Origin: an uncultured Bdellovibrionales bacterium | Lineage (GTDB): Bacteria > Bdellovibrionota > JAFGOL01 | Direction of reading: 5' to 3' | Length of the DNA: 57,301 bases | Assembly: GCA_964452945.1 (NCBI GenBank) | Contig: CAYVOB010000001.1 | Span: forward strand, 1-57,301 | The notes under the pieces: generated by a model | What the model was told of the DNA's origin: nothing | Database searches by the model: none | The model's input: the letters and a program-made list of their open reading frames with translations, nothing else | Shown here: positions 9,983-18,797 of the stretch, piece by piece | Numbering within the stretch: position 1 is the first letter of the stretch | Layout: each line of letters begins with the position of its first letter | Translations under genes and position numbers: made by a program

Positions 9983-10011
9983 ATATTATATTGTATGGTA
10001 ACATATGGCAA
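9983..10011 (-). promoter_or_regulatory. sigma-70-like promoter (TTGCCA-17 nt-TAATAT)
   Basis: Read on the minus strand as TTGCCA TATGTTACCATACAATA TAATAT. It lies in the divergent ribF/acd intergenic region and predicts a roughly 100-nt leader. Confidence 0.45.
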
Positions 10012-10056
10012 GAAATATTCTGGAAAAAGGGCTCTAAGATGCTATAAAAAACAATA

Positions 10057-10962
10057 ATGAAGATACTTCAACTTAACAAGCCCAATCATAACGGGCCAAT
10101 AACAGCTTCAATAGGTATCTTCGATGGCCTACATAAGGGTCACAAAAAAGTACTTACGGAATTATTAAAGAATAAGAATAATAGCGCTGTTATCACTTTT
10201 CAAAAACACCCCAGGGGGATCAAAACCCTGCAGTCCCTTTCGGACAGGCTGAGGAACTTTAAGGCACTTGGCATCAACCAAGCAATAATATTTTCTAGCA
10301 ACGATGGGATACTAGAAATGACTGCAACAGAGTTCCTACAGAACATAATCGTTAAGCTGAACATAGTAAACCTTGTGATCGGAAATGATTTTAGGATGGG
10401 TCATAATAGAGATACAGATACCGGGAGCCTAGACGAGCTCTGCAAAAAGAACGGTATAGGACTTACGGTCATAGATGTCGTTTACGACGGTGATAAAAAA
10501 CTTAGCTCAACCCGCATCAGGGATTATGTTGAACACGGGAATGTCCCAAAGGCCATATCTCTTTTGGGTCACGACCTTGAGATCCATGGCGTCGTTGTAA
10601 AAGGCAAGGGCAATGGTGCAAAGATAGGTTTTAGGACAGCCAACATAAAGCTAAATACCTCAAGGACCTTACCAGATCATGGTATCTATGTAACAAGGAC
10701 TCATATTAATGGTGAGATATTCCCTAGTGTAACTTTTATAGGCAATAGTCCTAGTATACACAAAGACACACTAAAGATGGGGGAACCCTTGGTAGAAACA
10801 CATCTTATTGATTTTAATAAGGATATTTACGGGCAGAAGATCCAAATAGAATTAATAGAAAAGATACGGGATATTATAAAATTCGATAACACAGAGGAGC
10901 TATCAAGGGCAATAGCACAAGACGTAAGTTCTGCTGTAAAAAGATTACACAGTTACAAATAA
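10057..10962 (+). CDS. ribF: bifunctional riboflavin kinase / FMN adenylyltransferase
   Basis: 301 aa. N-terminal GIFDGLHKGHKKV nucleotidyltransferase motif; C-terminal riboflavin kinase part (IHGVVVKGKGNGAKIGFRTANI). Confidence 0.9.
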   Translation: MKILQLNKPNHNGPITASIGIFDGLHKGHKKVLTELLKNKNNSAVITFQKHPRGIKTLQSLSDRLRNFKALGINQAIIFSSNDGILEMTATEFLQNIIVKLNIVNLVIGNDFRMGHNRDTDTGSLDELCKKNGIGLTVIDVVYDGDKKLSSTRIRDYVEHGNVPKAISLLGHDLEIHGVVVKGKGNGAKIGFRTANIKLNTSRTLPDHGIYVTRTHINGEIFPSVTFIGNSPSIHKDTLKMGEPLVETHLIDFNKDIYGQKIQIELIEKIRDIIKFDNTEELSRAIAQDVSSAVKRLHSYK

Positions 10963-11046
10963 TTTATCCACTCAGGGTATTTTAACAAAGCTATATCTTG
11001 GTATAAAAGCCCACTAAGATCATATAGTTGTCAACTAACACAACTT

Positions 11047-11062
11047 TGGCACGCCGCTTGCT
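11047..11062 (+). promoter_or_regulatory. sigma-54 (RpoN) -24/-12 promoter
   Basis: TGGCAC-GCCGC-TTGCT matches the TGGCAC-N5-TTGC consensus exactly. It sits about 40 nt upstream of the ATG at 11103. Confidence 0.65.
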
Positions 11063-11102
11063 TTATATAAAGTGTAAAAAGAACCGAAAGGGGGAAGGAC
11101 AA

Positions 11103-11357
11103 ATGAGGAACTTATTTATAATCTTGGCGCTTCTTATAACAGGGAGCACTTATGCTGCAGCTTTTGGCGAAAACGACCCATCTATATATGCCGGGTGCCA
11201 AAACATGGGTGTAAACACCAAGTTCGATTTTAAAGATATGCTAGCTGTAATGAAAGGCTTTGGTTCAGGCAACGGCAGCAATGGTAGTACCGCCACCAAT
11301 CCTTCTGATCCTGCTGGCAACGGCAGTTCAGATGACGACGAAGTTAGCCCAGAATAA
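11103..11357 (+). CDS. small secreted protein with a Gly/Ser/Asn-rich, acidic tail
   Basis: 84 aa counted from the ATG at 11103, which is preceded by AAAGGGGGAAGG. Signal peptide MRNLFIILALLITGSTYAAA. Low-complexity C-terminus GSGNGSNGSTATNPSDPAGNGSSDDDE. The track's start at 11028 would overlap the sigma-54 promoter. Confidence 0.55.
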   Translation: MRNLFIILALLITGSTYAAAFGENDPSIYAGCQNMGVNTKFDFKDMLAVMKGFGSGNGSNGSTATNPSDPAGNGSSDDDEVSPE

Positions 11358-11360
11358 AAC

Positions 11361-11621
11361 TCACTGTGGCGTAGTCGTCTGATCACTGGTACCCGTACTT
11401 GTCTTATCAAAAATACTAGTGTGCTTTTTTGATAGCTGATTGACACTGAAGTCACAATCCTTTGGTCTGTAATTTATTATAGAAGTATTATCAAGCCCGG
11501 TATAAGACTTTGAAAAATCCTTTTGCACCAGACCACTCATATCATCCTCTTCGGCAACTGCATTACCAAAGCACAAAGAAAGCAGGGCGAAGCTACATAC
11601 AAGCGTTTTTGTTAATTTCAT
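11361..11621 (-). CDS. small secreted protein, last gene of the Tad-like cluster
   Basis: 86 aa. Signal peptide MKLTKTLVCSFALLSLCFGNAVA and a Thr/Ser-rich tail. A strong AAGGAGG lies upstream, 11 nt after the YD-repeat gene. Confidence 0.55.
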   Translation of the reverse strand: MKLTKTLVCSFALLSLCFGNAVAEEDDMSGLVQKDFSKSYTGLDNTSIINYRPKDCDFSVNQLSKKHTSIFDKTSTGTSDQTTTPQ

Positions 11622-11632
11622 ATCCTACCTCC

Positions 11633-13249
11633 TTAATCCTGAACTACTATTAGTTTGAACACGGACATAAGCTCCATATAATCAAGATAGGCCCTCTTTA
11701 CACTCCAGAACTTGTTAATATCGCTCCCTTCTCTTGGAACAGCGGACATTCTGCCTTCAGCATCGTAGCTTACCTTTACATCCGAATCTTTGGTACCAAG
11801 TTCACTTATCCTACCCATCTCGTCATATTTAAAGGAGAACGAGTTACCTTTGTTATCAATTATCTTGGAAACGTTTCCATTACCGTCATAATCGATCTTG
11901 AACTTAAGGTCCCTGCTGGCCACCATCGTTACTTGGCTTTTGTCATTATACTTGTAAAGGTATGGCTCTCCATTGTTTATTATAGAGGAGGCACGGTTCC
12001 TTTCATCATATTTTACTTCGACAATCCTTCCATCAGGAAAAACCTTCTTTTTTAGTCTGCCATCCTTGTTGTATTCAAAACGCGTGACCTTGCCGTTCTC
12101 ATTTACGACGAGTGGTGTACCGCAACACATGGTGTAGGTAACCATTTTTTCATGCTTACCGATCTTTTGTCTCGTCTTATAGGTATATAAGGAGCCTTCC
12201 GCATTAGGTCTTTTCCAGAACTCATATTTTTCCGGTATAACCTCGTTACCGAACTTCTTTATTATGTTTACGGAGTCATAGTATTGGTCCTTTCCCTTAT
12301 CACTCGCATATTCGGTGAATATTTCCCATCCCTGAGGTGTCTTCTGATATACCACCTTTCCTGTTTCTGTATCATAGCCGATCACCCATTTTGTAGGCTT
12401 TGGACCCGCATCACCTGCCGGAAGTACAACCTCTATGACCCTGTGATAGGAATCATACTTATAATTATATGTTTTCCCATTAACGTCGGTGGAACTTATA
12501 AGGTTATCGTTAGTATCGTAAGAATAGGATGCAGCCTTGTTATTATATAGAGCTATCCTTTCAACAAGACCCTTGTCGTTAAAGAAGAAGTTCATGCTCC
12601 TCCCCAGACTATCCCTGATAGTTTGTAACCTTCCATTGGCATAATAGGAAAAAACAAAGCCCCTTCCTGTAGGCATGCTCCTTTTTATGATCCTGCCTGA
12701 TTGATCGAACTCATCCACCACACCGTCGGCACCTGACCTTATATAACCACCCTTGACCTTCTTTAGCTTTTCACCCGATCTTTCTATACAAGTAAGCACA
12801 ACACCATCCTTTATTTTACCCAACATCTTGTAGCCTCTTGCATACTCAAACAAGAAAGCAGGCTCTTTAAGCAGTGTGCTCTTCAGTCTTTCAACATAGT
12901 CCTTACCGTTCTGTGCTGCATTGGTTGACTTAAGGTATCTATCAGCAAGCTGTGTTAAGGTGAACGAATCCTTGTCTATATAATGGTGTCTTCCTCCACC
13001 GGGGACTTCCTCAACCATGACAAAAGATCCATCAGCAACATATAGTCTAGTCTCAAAACGTGTGCCCCAGCCAAAGCCGAAGATACCCTTTGAAAGACTT
13101 ATACTGTTATAAAAACGACCCAACTCAAAATCATTACCTTCATTCACGTCAGTATAGGATAAAGAAAAGTTACCGTTCAGGAGCCAAAGAGTGGAAAAAC
13201 CAGATAACGGTGCAAGCATGACGGCTAATGCTACTATAATTTTTTTCAT
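11633..13249 (-). CDS. secreted YD/RHS-repeat protein (short, with no toxin tip)
   Basis: 538 aa with a signal peptide. It has multiple YD repeats (YSYDTNDNLISSTDVNGKTYNYKYDSYHRV, FEYNKDGRLKKKVFPDGRIVEVKYDERNR, IDYDGNGNVSKIIDNKGNSFSFKYDEMGRI, VSYDAEGRM). Confidence 0.8.
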   Translation of the reverse strand: MKKIIVALAVMLAPLSGFSTLWLLNGNFSLSYTDVNEGNDFELGRFYNSISLSKGIFGFGWGTRFETRLYVADGSFVMVEEVPGGGRHHYIDKDSFTLTQLADRYLKSTNAAQNGKDYVERLKSTLLKEPAFLFEYARGYKMLGKIKDGVVLTCIERSGEKLKKVKGGYIRSGADGVVDEFDQSGRIIKRSMPTGRGFVFSYYANGRLQTIRDSLGRSMNFFFNDKGLVERIALYNNKAASYSYDTNDNLISSTDVNGKTYNYKYDSYHRVIEVVLPAGDAGPKPTKWVIGYDTETGKVVYQKTPQGWEIFTEYASDKGKDQYYDSVNIIKKFGNEVIPEKYEFWKRPNAEGSLYTYKTRQKIGKHEKMVTYTMCCGTPLVVNENGKVTRFEYNKDGRLKKKVFPDGRIVEVKYDERNRASSIINNGEPYLYKYNDKSQVTMVASRDLKFKIDYDGNGNVSKIIDNKGNSFSFKYDEMGRISELGTKDSDVKVSYDAEGRMSAVPREGSDINKFWSVKRAYLDYMELMSVFKLIVVQD

Positions 13250-13275
13250 GGTCTATCTCCTATAGTAATTGTCGA

Positions 13276-14172
13276 CTAAACCTTTATAGATACTATTCGT
13301 TTTATCACAAATCCGCCTAAACCCTGAAGGAAAAACATCAGAGTCAGCATCCCATAACCCAAGGGTGTCGTGAATAGAAGTGCGGTCTGGGTTGGATTAC
13401 CATAATACTGGACCGCTAAAAGGACCAGGGGGACTACCGTTATTACTATTGCCTGGAATATTCCCTGTGCGGTCAATGCTTTTACCTTGGCTGTCAGCTT
13501 TACTCTTTCTCTTATTGTGTAGGCTATCGTATCGAACGTCTCTGGAAGATTACCACCGGTCTCCCTCAATATAAGTATGGCTGTTGCGAACATATCAAGG
13601 TCCTCAAGGTCCAGTCTTCGTGCCAGGTTAACAAAAGCTTCATCTATAGGTACACCGACCCTGTTCTGAGCCAACAATAATGTAAACTCCTGTTTAATAG
13701 GATTAGGCATCTCCTCAACTACAAGTCCAACAGCCTGTATAAGATTAAGACCGCTCCTTAACCCATTCGACATCAGTGTAAGGGCGTCGACCATTTGCAG
13801 GTTAAAGCTCATGGAGCGTTTTGCCTTCATCCAGTTTATTACCGGTATTGGCATCTTGGCGAACATGAACCCCACAGCAGAACCAACTAATATACCTGCT
13901 ATAAAGTTAGGTAAAAAGAGCACAAAAACTATAAAACCAATACCAAGTGTACCGGCATAAATAAGTATTAATGCAGTCCTCTTGTTGAAATCTATAAAAA
14001 GGGTATCCAGTTCCTTTACAAGCCATTCTGCTTTTTCTTCGAATTTTTTGTCTAGATAAGTAAGGGCTTTTTTGGAATTTATAAGTGCAACTATAAAAAT
14101 AAGGGTCCCGCCCATAACGAGCACCCCTATCTTATACAGCATCCATATGTTACCGCCTTCTTGCAACATCAA
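13276..14172 (-). CDS. tadB: Tad platform protein, TadB-like (T2SSF domain)
   Basis: Polytopic membrane protein with the T2SSF core LMSNGLRSGLNLIQAV..LARRL..DLDMFATAILILRETGGNLPETFD. It abuts the ATPase gene. The exact start is uncertain (14172, or 14142 for the MLYKIG start). Confidence 0.8.
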   Translation of the reverse strand: MMLQEGGNIWMLYKIGVLVMGGTLIFIVALINSKKALTYLDKKFEEKAEWLVKELDTLFIDFNKRTALILIYAGTLGIGFIVFVLFLPNFIAGILVGSAVGFMFAKMPIPVINWMKAKRSMSFNLQMVDALTLMSNGLRSGLNLIQAVGLVVEEMPNPIKQEFTLLLAQNRVGVPIDEAFVNLARRLDLEDLDMFATAILILRETGGNLPETFDTIAYTIRERVKLTAKVKALTAQGIFQAIVITVVPLVLLAVQYYGNPTQTALLFTTPLGYGMLTLMFFLQGLGGFVIKRIVSIKV

Positions 14173-16341
14173 CTATCCCACACTAAAAAGACCCTTAGGT
14201 ATGGAGATACCTCTGGCCTCTAGTGTTTCTATGAACCTAGGAATATATCCAGTAGCGACGAATTTTCCTATTACTTTGCCATTTGAATCAACACCTGATT
14301 GTTTGAAAAGGAAAATGTCATTCAACAAGATCTCATCACCCCTGATGCCATTGACCTCTGTAACATAAGTTACTTTTCTTGAACCATCACTTAATCTAGT
14401 CTGTTGTATCACTATATTTATTGCTGACGCTATCTGTTCCCTTATCGCCTTAGCCGGAAGTTCCATCCCTGCCATCATGACAAGTGTTTCCAGCCTTCTT
14501 ATGCAATCAGTTGGGCTGTTGGAATGTATAGTGGTCAATGAACCGTCATGACCCGTGTTCATAGCCTGCAACATGTCCAATGCTTCTCCTGAACGACACT
14601 CACCTACTATGATCCTGTCAGGCCTCATCCTGAGCGTGCATTTTACAAGGTCCCTTATGGTGACTTCTCCTTCACCTTCTATGTTAGGAGGCCTGCTTTC
14701 CAACCTAACAGTATGGTCCTGTTGAAGTTTAAGCTCGGCCGAATCTTCGACGGTGATTATTCTTTCGTGCTCCGGTATCATCCCTGAAAGTATATTGAGG
14801 AGTGTTGTTTTACCTGAGCCGGTACCACCGGAAATTATTACATTAAGTCTGGACTCTATTACCGCCTTAAAGAACTCCGTCATATCACTTGTAACAGAGC
14901 CATATTTGATAAGATCATTTGGTCCGAGTTTTTCCTTCTTGAACTTTCTTATAGTCAGCGTGGGGCCATCTATTGCCAGTGGAGGTATTATGGCGTGAAC
15001 TCTTGAGCCATCTGCAAGACGCGCATCAACATAAGGTGATTTTTCGTCTATACGCCTGCCTATAGGTGCAAGTATCCTCTCTATAACTCCCATTAATTGT
15101 TGTGAGGACGAGAACGTAGATGGCGAAAGTATGACTTTACCATTTTTCTCTATGTATATTATATCTGGACCATTGACCATTATTTCCGATACTGTTTCAT
15201 CTGACAAAAGATCTTCCAAAGGACCAAGTCCCAAAGCCTCATCCAGAATGGCCTTTATCAACAAGGCCCTGTCTTCCCTGCTCTTAAGAAAACTTAAGTC
15301 CTCTTTCTCCAACAACCCGATAACCGTTCTTTTTGTCTTCTCATAGAGAATGGTCATCTTGTTAGGATCATCCTTAGTCTCAAGGTCCATCTTCTTAAGG
15401 TCCATATTGTCTATGAGTGCTTTGTGGACCCTGCGCTTTAGTTTTGTAACCTCACTAACTTTACCGGCTCTTCTTTCCTTGACGCTGAGGGTTTCAAGTC
15501 CAGCAAGGTCTTGCGCAGCTAAGGCCCCTTCTTTTTGAGCGCTCTGCTGTTCTGCCTTTTTTGTTTTATTAACGCCATATAACGAATCGAGTATCCCTCT
15601 CTCCTGCAAGACCCTGGCTATCTGGTATATGTTCTTAGACAACAAGCTCTTTGGGGACAACAATATTGCCGGTTTACCTTTAGTTATGGAATTATGGCTG
15701 GTCTCTGGGTCTTCTTGCACAGCGCCGAGTATTGGCACAGAAAGATTGGACTGCACTATCTGAGGAGTGATCTGGTTTGAAGGATCATATTTATTAATTA
15801 TAACTTTGAGCACTTCTGGCGGGAACATTAAACCATTAAGTTCATCCACAAGTCTTTTAGTGTGTTTTAGGACTAATATCTCCGGGTTGGTTACAAGGAG
15901 TATGATCGTGGCTTGTTCTAGGATAGTAAGGACCTGTGGTGTAAGACGGCTTCCGCAATCAGCTATGGTAAACGGGAAAAAGGACATAGCTGCTTCCATG
16001 ACCCTTTTTATATCGTTACTACCCACACCGTTATATTCGGACATCTTTTGTACCATAGGAAGAACGCTTAGCCCGCTAGAATGTGCAGACAAGAATTCCT
16101 TAAGCATCGCCTGCGTAACCCTGCCTGTGAATTTTGAAACATCCGCAATGCTTCTTTGTGGTTTGATACCTAATATCATACCAGCATCACCACAGGTATC
16201 CGGATCAGCGTCTATTAAAAGTACTGGTCGCTTTGTATCTAACAAAAAAGATAAAGCAAGGTTGGTTGAAAAAAGGCTCTTGCCGACTCCACCCTTGCCG
16301 CCAAGAACCGCGATCAAGTAAGTTCTGCTTGGATTAGGCAT
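14173..16341 (-). CDS. cpaF: fusion protein: MinD/ParA-like TadZ/CpaE domain plus CpaF/TadA secretion ATPase
   Basis: 722 aa in one frame. The N-terminal roughly 255 aa carry the deviant Walker A AVLGGKGGVGKS and the IDADPD motif (MinD/CpaE type). The C-terminal roughly 420 aa form the CpaF core (EIMVNGPDIIYIEKNGK, ISGGTGSGKTTLLN, VEDSAEL, RMRPDRIIVGECRSGEA, NTGHDGSLTTIHSN). Confidence 0.85.
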   Translation of the reverse strand: MPNPSRTYLIAVLGGKGGVGKSLFSTNLALSFLLDTKRPVLLIDADPDTCGDAGMILGIKPQRSIADVSKFTGRVTQAMLKEFLSAHSSGLSVLPMVQKMSEYNGVGSNDIKRVMEAAMSFFPFTIADCGSRLTPQVLTILEQATIILLVTNPEILVLKHTKRLVDELNGLMFPPEVLKVIINKYDPSNQITPQIVQSNLSVPILGAVQEDPETSHNSITKGKPAILLSPKSLLSKNIYQIARVLQERGILDSLYGVNKTKKAEQQSAQKEGALAAQDLAGLETLSVKERRAGKVSEVTKLKRRVHKALIDNMDLKKMDLETKDDPNKMTILYEKTKRTVIGLLEKEDLSFLKSREDRALLIKAILDEALGLGPLEDLLSDETVSEIMVNGPDIIYIEKNGKVILSPSTFSSSQQLMGVIERILAPIGRRIDEKSPYVDARLADGSRVHAIIPPLAIDGPTLTIRKFKKEKLGPNDLIKYGSVTSDMTEFFKAVIESRLNVIISGGTGSGKTTLLNILSGMIPEHERIITVEDSAELKLQQDHTVRLESRPPNIEGEGEVTIRDLVKCTLRMRPDRIIVGECRSGEALDMLQAMNTGHDGSLTTIHSNSPTDCIRRLETLVMMAGMELPAKAIREQIASAINIVIQQTRLSDGSRKVTYVTEVNGIRGDEILLNDIFLFKQSGVDSNGKVIGKFVATGYIPRFIETLEARGISIPKGLFSVG

Positions 16342-16345
16342 ATAT

Positions 16346-18013
16346 TTATTTCACCCTGAATTTTTCTTTTATGGAATCGCTACCCTCGCTGGCAGTGTTC
16401 AAAATTTCCGGAGTAATAAAGACGACAAATTGTGATTTGCCTTTAGAGAAGGATTTGGACCTAGAAAGGCTCACAATAACGTTAGGATCTTCACTGCCGT
16501 CCATATAGGACTTGGACAGGTTATTTTGTACTATACCGCCTATGGCGGCAGTATCACCAGATTTTATGTTTATATATGTTTCTATAGAATCCTCTGATGT
16601 AATAGGTATTGTAGTCCCGGAGGACGTACCTATAACCTGTGATACACCTATAGCTATGGTCATATTCAGATCTTCTGATTTTTGCGGATCATTCAGTATC
16701 TTTGGAGTGATGTTCATACTGATACCTACATCAGCAGTTTTTGTATCGATACTGTTCTGTGTCTGCACCACATAAGGATATTTTGTCATCTTCTTGATGC
16801 TGCCAGTCTTGGTATCTTGTACCGTTATTGCTGCCGATTGAATAACCCTTCCCCTACGATTCCTCACTGCATCCTGAAGCTTTGGTATAAAGTTACTTAC
16901 TATACCTGTTATGGTAGTCGCTGTAGATGGCAATGGATTACCGTTGTTGTCATTAGCTGGAGGGTTGGACCAAGTAAAAGATGCATTAGTATTGTTCGTA
17001 TTTATTGATGGCGCCCAACTGAAACCAAAGGCATTATCAAATCCCTTTTGTATCTCGACAAAGTAAACCGATATCTTAACCACTTTATCGATAGGTTTAT
17101 CCGGCTCTATGACCTTAACAAAATACTGTATGATCGGCTTATCCCTAAACCCTTCTGCCGGCATCGTCATTTCTCCTGCACCGGAAGGATCGCCTATCAA
17201 AGGTGTATAAAAGTACTTTGGCAGATAAAGCACGGCCCTGTAATAAACATCTTCAAGTTCATCATAACTTTTTACTTCGCCTTTCAACACAAAGCGCTGA
17301 TTCACAACATCTACCTGTACGGTAGCTACATTAATTTCTTCTTGCATCTTTTGAGCGACTATTTTGAACAATGTAGGACTCAACCTGTATTGTATCTTGA
17401 ATATGTCTGTCGGTATGTAATCACTATTCCCGCCGATCACCTGGTGTATCCTGGCTATATCCTCCGGCAATAGTATCTCGCCATCCAGGTATATACGTTT
17501 TTCACGTATATACATCTTCAAGCCCTCTATATTCTTAAATTCCCTCTTAAGGAAGCCAAGGACCCTTTTAAGGTTCTTTTCCGTAACAGTAACGTTATAA
17601 ACATACCTAAGCACATCCTGGTTATCGTAGACCCAAAGATCTGTCATCCCCGGGGTAGTTCCGGTAAAAACTATTCTATCCTTTTCAAGACTTGGATCAT
17701 CTTCTTTTTTATTTACCTCAAATTTATATATATTGGGGTTGGTTGGTTGCCTTACTGTCCCAATAGGAAAATCAAGATAGAGCTCTTTTCGTATTCCGAG
17801 GACCACATTTATGTCGCGATATTTTACCTTTGGTTTCTTTTTTAATTTCTTTTTCTCTGTTTTCACATCCTTAACAGCAACGCTATCAGTTTGCACTTGA
17901 TCTTCTGTTGTGTTTGGGGCTTGAGCAGCATTGTCCTGAGAGAGCAATACACAAGAGTATGCAAAAGAAAGGACTAGAATTATTGAAAGCAGTATTTTTC
18001 TAAACTTCATCAT
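16346..18013 (-). CDS. cpaC: secretin, CpaC/RcpA-like
   Basis: 555 aa with a signal peptide and a low-complexity K-rich linker. C-terminal secretin-type region (GDTAAIGGIVQNN..FVVFITPEIL). Its position between cpaB and the ATPase is as in Tad loci. Confidence 0.8.
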   Translation of the reverse strand: MMKFRKILLSIILVLSFAYSCVLLSQDNAAQAPNTTEDQVQTDSVAVKDVKTEKKKLKKKPKVKYRDINVVLGIRKELYLDFPIGTVRQPTNPNIYKFEVNKKEDDPSLEKDRIVFTGTTPGMTDLWVYDNQDVLRYVYNVTVTEKNLKRVLGFLKREFKNIEGLKMYIREKRIYLDGEILLPEDIARIHQVIGGNSDYIPTDIFKIQYRLSPTLFKIVAQKMQEEINVATVQVDVVNQRFVLKGEVKSYDELEDVYYRAVLYLPKYFYTPLIGDPSGAGEMTMPAEGFRDKPIIQYFVKVIEPDKPIDKVVKISVYFVEIQKGFDNAFGFSWAPSINTNNTNASFTWSNPPANDNNGNPLPSTATTITGIVSNFIPKLQDAVRNRRGRVIQSAAITVQDTKTGSIKKMTKYPYVVQTQNSIDTKTADVGISMNITPKILNDPQKSEDLNMTIAIGVSQVIGTSSGTTIPITSEDSIETYINIKSGDTAAIGGIVQNNLSKSYMDGSEDPNVIVSLSRSKSFSKGKSQFVVFITPEILNTASEGSDSIKEKFRVK

Positions 18014-18786
18014 CTATCTAAACCAAATATCTCCCTATCCGTTGTCGGAGTTATTATCTCATTACCTCTGTCGTTGGCGTTCCTTAGTGTATAATAAAGC
18101 TCAGCTCCAGATAAAGCTACTATCTTTTGTGCTTCTTTTGGCGTCACTTCTATCGTGATATTGTTGAACTGTTGACCTGTCTCTGAACCTTTGTCCGGCT
18201 GAACACACTTAAACCCTTTTGGATAATTAGCATCAGACACAAAAGTTGGGACCTGAGTGTATACATCAGTCCCGACCGAGAGAACAAAGACATCCTGCAA
18301 GACGGTAGTAACTTTTGCTGTGTTCTGATTACCTTCTGCAACCACGGATGAGGCAAGTATATCTATCCTGTCACCTGGTTTTATAAGGTTAGCAACACTA
18401 TTCACAGTTGTAGCTCTTATCGCTATTGCACGTTTCCCTTTTGACACTATCGGGGATAATCCTGTTTTCTGACCAAGGAACAAGAGTTTATTCGTAGTAA
18501 TAGTTTCATTCTCGGCAATTGGAACCGCAGTGACCGTGTCCTTTAGGTCTTTAACATTTGCAAGATAGTTAGGCTGTACGTATTTTCTAGGTATCCTTCT
18601 AAGTTCGATCGAACCAGAATCTATTGATTGATATTGTCCTATGTTCTTCGTGGCGACCATCACCTCATCAAAAGTGCCAAGGTCCTGATACAGTTTTGCC
18701 TCTTTTTGGGATATATATGTATACCCAAGTAATATGGCAAAACCAGTAAGTATGACGGATATTATAAGCGACTTTGTATTACCCAT
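18010..18786 (-). CDS. cpaB: Flp pilus assembly protein CpaB/RcpC-like (SAF domain)
   Basis: 258 aa with an N-terminal membrane anchor and a SAF-like segment (IELRRIPRKYVQPNYL). It has a 4-nt overlap with the secretin gene. Confidence 0.75.
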   Translation of the reverse strand: MGNTKSLIISVILTGFAILLGYTYISQKEAKLYQDLGTFDEVMVATKNIGQYQSIDSGSIELRRIPRKYVQPNYLANVKDLKDTVTAVPIAENETITTNKLLFLGQKTGLSPIVSKGKRAIAIRATTVNSVANLIKPGDRIDILASSVVAEGNQNTAKVTTVLQDVFVLSVGTDVYTQVPTFVSDANYPKGFKCVQPDKGSETGQQFNNITIEVTPKEAQKIVALSGAELYYTLRNANDRGNEIITPTTDREIFGLDR

Positions 18787-18797
18787 ATGTCTCTCCT

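Noticed and set aside
9870-10004. A 45-codon N-terminal extension of the acyl-CoA synthetase ORF.
   Set aside because: The extension would cover a promoter-like element and a strong terminator hairpin. An internal ATG at 9869 has a GGAGA Shine-Dalgarno sequence and begins where family similarity starts.
11028-11102. The upstream start for the small secreted protein (109-aa version).
   Set aside because: It uses a non-ATG start, would bury the signal peptide internally, and overlaps the sigma-54 promoter. The ATG at 11103 has a strong ribosome-binding site.
11633-13249. The YD/RHS protein interpreted as a polymorphic toxin or mobile RHS element.
   Set aside because: It is only 538 aa. It has no PxxxxDPxGL-type core end, toxin tip, immunity gene, VgrG/PAAR or transposase nearby, and it is embedded in the Tad operon.
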